DNA from: Pyrodictium abyssi
Lineage (GTDB): Archaea; Thermoproteota; Thermoprotei_A; Sulfolobales; Pyrodictiaceae
Assembly: GCF_036323395.1 (NCBI RefSeq)
Contig: NZ_AP028907.1
Location: 2,070,001-2,102,000 of the forward strand
Reading direction: 5' to 3'
DNA length: 32,000 nucleotides
Shown here: in pieces, positions 26,976 through 32,000 of the stretch
Layout of the letters: every line of letters starts with the position of its first letter
Numbering within the stretch: the stretch's first letter is position 1
The notes under the pieces: model-generated
Databases searched by the model: none
The model's input: only the letters and a program-made list of their open reading frames with translations
Told to the model about the DNA's origin: nothing
Position numbers and translations under genes: made by a program

Positions 26976-27857
26976 ATGGACCGGAAGCTGCTCATAATCG
27001 GCGTAGTCCTCACAGTAGCCGCGCTATACATGGCAATGGGGGGCAGCTCGGAGCCCGTCCGTGTAAGGGTGACCACGACCACTAGCCTCTACGCGACAGG
27101 GCTCCTAGACTACCTCGCGGACAAGTTCAAAGAGAAGTACCCCAACGTGGAGATAGACTTCATAGCCGTAGGTAGCGGCGAGGCGCTCCGCCGGGCCGAG
27201 CGCGGAGACGCGTGCATGGTTTTCGTGCACGCCCCCAGCCTCGAGAAACAGTACATGGAGAAGGGCGTGATAACCGGGCACAGGATATTCGCCTACAACT
27301 ACTTCATAATAGTGGGGCCGCCCAACGACCCCGCCAACGTGAAGGCAGCCGAGAACGCTGTAGACGCCTTCAAGAGGATATACGAGGCGGGCGAGGCCGG
27401 TAAGGCGAAGTTCGTGAGCAGGGGCGACAACTCGGGCACCCACGTCAAGGAGCTGAGCATATGGAAGCTCGCCGGCCTAGACCCACGGGGCAAAAAGTGG
27501 TACCTCGAAAGCGGCCAGGGCATGTCCCAGACCCTGGTCATGGCTAGCGAGCTAGGCGCCTACACCCTCAGCGACATCGGCACCTACCTCAAGCTGAAGA
27601 AGGACGGCAAGCTGCCGGGAATAGAGCTCCTATACAGCAACAGCACCGAGCTAATCAACATCTACAGCATATACCTGGTGACGAGCTGTACCGGGGAGGA
27701 GCGAGAGTACGCCGAGAAGTTCGCAGAGTTCGTCTACAACAACCAGAACCTCATAGGCAGCTACGGTGTCGACAAGTACGGGCAGCCGCTCTTCTACCCC
27801 GCTGAGGGCCACGAGAAGGAGCTACAGGAAGCCTGGGAGATGCTAGCCAAGAGCTAA
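26976..27857 (+). CDS. tupA: tungstate-type ABC transporter substrate-binding protein
   Basis: TTTTSLYATGLLDYLADKFKEKYPNVEIDFIAVGSGEAL, FVSRGDNSGTHVKELSIWKLAG, GAYTLSDIGTYL. ATG 26976 fits the TATA position better than GTG 26946. Confidence 0.88.
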   Translation: MDRKLLIIGVVLTVAALYMAMGGSSEPVRVRVTTTTSLYATGLLDYLADKFKEKYPNVEIDFIAVGSGEALRRAERGDACMVFVHAPSLEKQYMEKGVITGHRIFAYNYFIIVGPPNDPANVKAAENAVDAFKRIYEAGEAGKAKFVSRGDNSGTHVKELSIWKLAGLDPRGKKWYLESGQGMSQTLVMASELGAYTLSDIGTYLKLKKDGKLPGIELLYSNSTELINIYSIYLVTSCTGEEREYAEKFAEFVYNNQNLIGSYGVDKYGQPLFYPAEGHEKELQEAWEMLAKS

Positions 27858-27865
27858 AACAACCC

Positions 27866-27888
27866 CAGGAGGACCATAGAACCTCCTG
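27866..27888 (+). promoter_or_regulatory. intercistronic hairpin tupA-tupB
   Basis: CAGGAGG-ACCATAGAA-CCTCCTG, perfect 7-bp stem, 9-nt loop. Confidence 0.45.
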
Positions 27889-27913
27889 CTGCTGAACAGG
27901 GGCTAGCCAGGCT

Positions 27914-28555
27914 ATGACGGGCAACGAGCTCGCCGAGATAGCGCTACGCTCGCTATACGTCTCCGGCACAGCCACACTGCTCGCAGCACTATGGAGCCTC
28001 CCCCTAGCCTACGTGATGGCCACGGGGAGAAAGCTGCAAGCAGTAGCCGCCGTCACCGAGGCTCTGGTCGGCGTCCCGACTGTGCTGGTCGGCCTCCTAC
28101 TCTATTTTCTCCTAAGCCGCCAGGGCCCCCTCGGCTTCCTAAACCTGCTCTACACGCCCACAGCCATAATAGTAGGCGAGGCCGTCCTGGTAACACCGCT
28201 CCTCGTGAGCGTCGCCTACCGGGTTCTCCGCGGCGCAGTCGAGACCTACGGGGAGCTCGCGCTCAGCCTCGGCGCCAGCGAGGCCCAGGCAATGGCCCTA
28301 GCAGTCCGCGAGGCGGCGCCCGGCCTAGTAGCAGCCCTCGTCATGGGCTTCTCCAGGGCGGTGGGAGAGCTGGGCGTAGCCCTGATGATAGGCGGGAACA
28401 TACGGGGCTACACGCGCACCCTCACCACGGCCATAGCCCTAGAGGTGTCCAAGGGCGAGTTCGAGAACGCGGTAAGCCTCGGCGCAGTCCTCGTAGCGAT
28501 AATGGTCGTCGTCTCTCTCGGCCTAAGGCTCGTCCGGAGGCTGGGACAGCCATGA
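27914..28555 (+). CDS. tupB: tungstate-type ABC transporter permease
   Basis: VGVPTVLVGLLLYFLLSRQGPLG, GFSRAVGELGVALMIGGNIRGYTRTLTTAIALEVSKGEFENAVSLG. Confidence 0.9.
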   Translation: MTGNELAEIALRSLYVSGTATLLAALWSLPLAYVMATGRKLQAVAAVTEALVGVPTVLVGLLLYFLLSRQGPLGFLNLLYTPTAIIVGEAVLVTPLLVSVAYRVLRGAVETYGELALSLGASEAQAMALAVREAAPGLVAALVMGFSRAVGELGVALMIGGNIRGYTRTLTTAIALEVSKGEFENAVSLGAVLVAIMVVVSLGLRLVRRLGQP

Positions 28556-29226
28556 TAAGGCTCGAGGACGTCTGGTACCGCTACGACAGCGGCGACTGGG
28601 TCCTACGCGGCGCGAGCCTCGAGATACGCGAGGGCGAGGTACTAGCCATAGTCGGGCCCAACGGGGCAGGGAAGACAACGCTCATGAAGATAGCCGCGGG
28701 GATATACCGGCCGCTACGCGGCCGGGTGGAGGCCTGGGGCCGCGAGCTCTGGACGGCCCCCGGCGCCGAGAGGCTCGCGCTCCGCCGGAGGATAGTCTAC
28801 GTCCACGAGAAGCCCATACTCATCCGCGGCACGGTCCTCGACAACATAGCCTACGGGCTCCGCATAAGAGGCCTGGACCGCGAGGAGGCCCAGCGCCGCG
28901 CCGAGGAGGCGGCAAAGCTCCTAGGCATAGACATGCTGCTAGACCGGCGGGCCTCGGGGCTCTCCCGGGGCCAGCAGCAGCTAGTCGCTATAGCCCGCGC
29001 GCTAGCCGTCGAGCCAAGGATACTCCTCCTAGACGAGCCCTTCGCCCACCTCGACCGCGAGAAGCGCCGCCTACTCCTCAACGTGCTCAGGAAGCAGGCG
29101 GACAACGGAACCGGGGTCGCAGTAGCGACCCACGACACCTACCTCGCAGCCCGGGTAGCGAACCGTGCAGTACTGGTCGAGAACGGCAGAGCAGAGACAG
29201 GCAGCATAGACGAGCTACTCCTATAG
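28552..29226 (+). CDS. tupC: tungstate-type ABC transporter ATP-binding protein
   Basis: VGPNGAGKTTLMKIAAGIY, GLSRGQQQLVAIARALAVEPRILLLDEPFAHLD. Track ORF start 27991 overlaps tupB in another frame; real ATG 28552 overlaps the tupB stop. Confidence 0.9.
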   Translation: MIRLEDVWYRYDSGDWVLRGASLEIREGEVLAIVGPNGAGKTTLMKIAAGIYRPLRGRVEAWGRELWTAPGAERLALRRRIVYVHEKPILIRGTVLDNIAYGLRIRGLDREEAQRRAEEAAKLLGIDMLLDRRASGLSRGQQQLVAIARALAVEPRILLLDEPFAHLDREKRRLLLNVLRKQADNGTGVAVATHDTYLAARVANRAVLVENGRAETGSIDELLL

Positions 29227-29300
29227 CCCGGCCCCGCCCCAGGATGTAGCCATGTGCCACTAGACACCTTCATCGGTGCTGCACGGTGCTTCTGCGGCGT

Positions 29301-30191
29301 TCACAGCTCCTCGGGGTCTATGTCGAGTAGTACTGGCTTCTTGGCCTCCTCTTCGGGGTCGGCCCCCTCTACCAGGTTCTCGGTGGGGTAGCTGGCTTCT
29401 ACCCGGCGTAGCGGCTTCTCCAGCGGCGGCGCCACGGGGCTAGTCTTCTTCCTCCATAGGCCCAGGGATGCTCGCAGCGCTATGCTGCGTAGCCTCTGTA
29501 TCGCGCTGGCGGGGTCCACCGCCTTGGGGCAGGCAGCGCTACAGCTGGCGGCGAAGTGGCAGCCGAAGCAGCCGTCGGGGCTCGCGGCTAGCGCTAGGCG
29601 CTCCTCGGGGGCCTCGTCGCGCACGTCCACGGTGAAGCGGTAGGCCTGGGCAAGTGCCTGGGGCCCGAGGTAGCGGGGGTTCGAGTGGTAGACCGGGCAG
29701 GCGGCGTTGCAGAGCCCGCACATTATGCATAGGCTGAACTGGTATATCTCGAGCAGCTGCCGGGGGGTCATCAGGAACTCGCGGGGCGCTTCCTCGACCT
29801 CGCGGGGCTGGCGGCGGATTATGTAGGGCTTTGCCCGGCGGTGGTTCTCGAAGAGCCGGGTCATGTCGACCACGAGGTCCCTTACCACGGGGTAGCCGGG
29901 CAGCGGCCCTACCTCGACCACGCCGCTGTCCCCCGCTACGCTGGCTAGCTGGGTCTGGCAGGCCAGCCTGGGCTCGCCGTTCACCAGGACGCCGCAGCTA
30001 CCGCAGGCGCCCATCCGGCAGCTGTAGCGGAACACGAGCGAGGGGTCGAGCCGCTGCTTGACGTAGAGCAGCGCGTCTAGCACAGTCATGCCGCGGCGGA
30101 GGGGCACCCTGTACTCCTGGACCCAGGCCCGGCGCTCCTCGGGGCTATAGCGGCGCACCCGGAGCACGACCCAGCGCTCCCCACTGGCCAC
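29301..30191 (-). CDS. sdhB: succinate dehydrogenase/fumarate reductase iron-sulfur subunit
   Basis: CRMGACGSCGVLVNGEPRLAC, CIMCGLCNAACPVY, CFGCHFAASCSAACPKAVDP. Confidence 0.93.
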   Translation of the reverse strand: MASGERWVVLRVRRYSPEERRAWVQEYRVPLRRGMTVLDALLYVKQRLDPSLVFRYSCRMGACGSCGVLVNGEPRLACQTQLASVAGDSGVVEVGPLPGYPVVRDLVVDMTRLFENHRRAKPYIIRRQPREVEEAPREFLMTPRQLLEIYQFSLCIMCGLCNAACPVYHSNPRYLGPQALAQAYRFTVDVRDEAPEERLALAASPDGCFGCHFAASCSAACPKAVDPASAIQRLRSIALRASLGLWRKKTSPVAPPLEKPLRRVEASYPTENLVEGADPEEEAKKPVLLDIDPEEL

Positions 30192-30197
30192 GGCTCC

Positions 30198-30533
30198 TCA
30201 CCACCCTAGCGACCTGGCTAGACCGGCGGAGCCAACAGCTACGATGAGGGCTAGGAGGAGCCAGAACAGCGCCTCCACCGCAGCGCGGCCCCGCCCGCTG
30301 TGCACGCGCTCGAGCAGTATGCCGCGGAGCCCGTTGAGCCCGTGGAACCCGGCTGCCAGGAGGACTAGCCAGAGCGTCCAGGGCCTCGGGGGCTGCCGGA
30401 GCCAGTCAACCGGCACGTGCTCTAGGAGGTGGAGCGGCAGCGCCACGGCCAGCAGGGCGGCGGCTATGTAGCTGAGTAGCTGCCGTAGAGCCTCGAGCCT
30501 CCACCCCAGCGCGGCCACGGCTCGGCTCACCAC
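30198..30533 (-). CDS. sdhD: succinate dehydrogenase membrane anchor subunit
   Basis: Start re-set to GTG 30533 ([18 protein letters not shown]); three hydrophobic segments; [15 protein letters not shown]. Confidence 0.75.
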   Translation of the reverse strand: MVSRAVAALGWRLEALRQLLSYIAAALLAVALPLHLLEHVPVDWLRQPPRPWTLWLVLLAAGFHGLNGLRGILLERVHSGRGRAAVEALFWLLLALIVAVGSAGLARSLGW

Positions 30534-30970
30534 GCTACGAGCATGTAGGCTGCTAGGGCGGCAGCCAGGCCCGCTAGGACGACAACAGCGTGGAGTAGCA
30601 GCCGCTGCGCAGAGCGCAGGCTCGTGGACACGTAGGGTGGCCGGGGTATCCCCGGCCTGCCCAGGCCGAGGCCCAGGGCCTCGACCAGTATGAGCCTCAG
30701 CCCGTTGAGCCCGTGGAACGCCGCCGCGGCGGCCACGGCGAAGCGGACCGCCTTGGAGGTTGTCAGGGCGGCTGCGGGCCAGGCTAGCCACGTGTAGCCG
30801 GCGAGAGCCCCGCCCATGGTCACCGCGTGGGCCATGAAGTAGGCTAGTAGTATGAGCCCCGTAGCCCGGTGTAGCCGGTGCGCAAGCCTCTCCGGGTTAT
30901 CCGGGACACGTAGCCCGGCCAATCCTCCACGCCACCCCCTATGGGCCCCCGGCCTAGTACCTCCTCTCAA
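30527..30970 (-). CDS. sdhC: succinate dehydrogenase cytochrome b-type membrane subunit; start uncertain
   Basis: [45 protein letters not shown]; between sdhA and sdhD. Confidence 0.75.
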   Translation of the reverse strand: MRGGTRPGAHRGWRGGLAGLRVPDNPERLAHRLHRATGLILLAYFMAHAVTMGGALAGYTWLAWPAAALTTSKAVRFAVAAAAAFHGLNGLRLILVEALGLGLGRPGIPRPPYVSTSLRSAQRLLLHAVVVLAGLAAALAAYMLVAW

Positions 30971-32000
30971 CCGGCTTCCAGGTGGTTATCCGGACCGGTG
31001 TGTAGCCCAGCTCGATCTCGCCGCTGGCGTTCATCACTGCTAGCGTGTGCTTCAGCCAGTTCTCGTCGTCGCGGCGGGGATAGTCGACGCGGTAGTGGGC
31101 GCCCCGGCTCTCGGTCCGGGCGAGCGCCGAGACGGCCACGGCCAGCGCCACGTCGAGCATGTTGGCGGTCTCGAGCACTGCCACCAGGTCGGTGTTGTAG
31201 ACCCTGCTCTTGTCGTGGGGGTAGACGTTCCTCATCGCCTCGCGTAGCTTCTTTATCCGGCGCACGGCCTCCTCGAGGCCGCTCCTGTCGCGGAAGACGT
31301 AGACGTAGCGGTCCATGGTCTCCTGTAGCCTCTCGCGGACCTCGTAGACGCTCTCCCCGCTCTCCCGCTTCAGCAGCTCGTCGTAGACACGCTTCTCCTC
31401 CCTCGAGACCCTCTCCCTGCTGGGCCCCCTGGGGGCTCCCGGGTGCTTCTCTAGGAAGCGGAGAACCTGGCGGCCCACAAGCCTCCCGCTGACGAGGCAC
31501 TCTATGGTGCTGTTCGAGCCCAGACGGTTGGCCCCGTGGATGCTCGCCGCGGCCGCCTCGCCCGCAGCCCATAGGCCGCGTACCCAACGGCCGTCGGCGG
31601 CTAGGACGCGGTAGTAGCCGTCGGTGTGTATCCCGCCCATAGTGTAGTGGGCTACGGGGCGCACCGGGAGGGGCTCCTCGACGGGGTCCACCCCGGCGTG
31701 CTTGATGGCTATCTCGCGGACCGCGGGGAGCCGCTCGCTTATCCGCTCCTCGCCTAGGTGGCGTAGGTCGAGGAGCACGTACTCTAGCCCCGTGTGCTCG
31801 TCGCGTAGCCCCCGGCCCTCCATTATCTCGGTCATGATGGCCCTCGAGACCACGTCTCGGGGCGCTAGCTCCATCCGCTCCGGCGCGTAGCGCTTCATGA
31901 AGCGCTCTCCCCTGGCGTTGACGAGGTAGCCGCCCTCGCCCCGGGCGCCCTCGGTGATCAGTATCCCGCTGGGCACCAGCCCCGTGGGGTGGAACTGTAT
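30954..32000 (-). CDS. sdhA: succinate dehydrogenase flavoprotein subunit, N-terminal part beyond window
   Basis: Frame open to window end ([35 protein letters not shown]); [49 protein letters not shown]. Confidence 0.95.
   Translation of the reverse strand: MQFHPTGLVPSGILITEGARGEGGYLVNARGERFMKRYAPERMELAPRDVVSRAIMTEIMEGRGLRDEHTGLEYVLLDLRHLGEERISERLPAVREIAIKHAGVDPVEEPLPVRPVAHYTMGGIHTDGYYRVLAADGRWVRGLWAAGEAAAASIHGANRLGSNSTIECLVSGRLVGRQVLRFLEKHPGAPRGPSRERVSREEKRVYDELLKRESGESVYEVRERLQETMDRYVYVFRDRSGLEEAVRRIKKLREAMRNVYPHDKSRVYNTDLVAVLETANMLDVALAVAVSALARTESRGAHYRVDYPRRDDENWLKHTLAVMNASGEIELGYTPVRITTWKPVERRY

Noticed and set aside
26837-27082. Extended N-terminus of track ORF 25793..27082
   Set aside because: It would run through the operator and TATA region and into tupA antisense; GTG 26836 has GGAGGAG in front.
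27991-28551. N-terminal 187 codons of track ORF 27991..29226
   Set aside because: This part is out-of-frame reading of tupB; the ABC ATPase begins at ATG 28552.
30941-31587. ORFs 30941..31492 (+) and 30967..31587 (-)
   Set aside because: Shadow frames of sdhA rich in Arg/Ser/Gly; sdhA has conserved motifs throughout.
1-32000. Search for CRISPR arrays, transposases, toxin-antitoxin pairs, defence genes and tRNA/rRNA
   Set aside because: No regularly spaced repeats, insertion-sequence ends, recognisable defence domains or cloverleaf signatures were seen. Visual reading cannot fully exclude small RNAs; tRNAscan and Infernal runs would settle it.

Overview
Ordinary-looking archaeal chromosome segment. 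GC-rich, AGG/ATA/CTA-rich codons, GGAGGTG Shine-Dalgarno (SD) sites and TTTAAA/TTTAATA-type TATA boxes suggest a hyperthermophilic crenarchaeon; this is inference. No CRISPR array, transposase, rRNA or tRNA was recognised. Contents, left to right: a MoxR/DUF58/membrane-protein operon; a Liv-type ABC transporter cluster with an embedded AMP-forming acyl-CoA synthetase (livG, ACS, livH, livM, livK, livF); a divergent, motif-degenerate AMP-binding protein; two small hypothetical proteins and a Trp-rich protein; a GPN-loop GTPase; a branched-chain amino acid locus split by a divergent intergenic region (leuA-leuB-leuC on minus, ilvB-ilvN-ilvC-ilvD-leuD on plus); a malic enzyme; a ModE-PBP regulator divergent from a tungstate-type ABC transporter with a clear palindromic operator; and a succinate dehydrogenase operon. 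The best candidate for something undescribed is the leuA/ilvB intergenic region and related leaders. It holds (1) an identical 24-nt element in inverted orientation at the 5' ends of leuA and ilvB, (2) very short ORFs, each behind a strong SD, ahead of ilvB (two in tandem) and leuA, with similar cases ahead of livG and livH, (3) SD sites that can be sequestered in stems, (4) three-arm alternative hairpins in the ilvB and ilvC leaders, and (5) a leuA reading frame with no ATG/GTG/TTG start upstream of its essential FDTTLRDG motif, apparently needing a +1 shift. Together these resemble an archaeal leader-peptide or translational-coupling control system. This is a hypothesis, and assembly indels must be excluded first.
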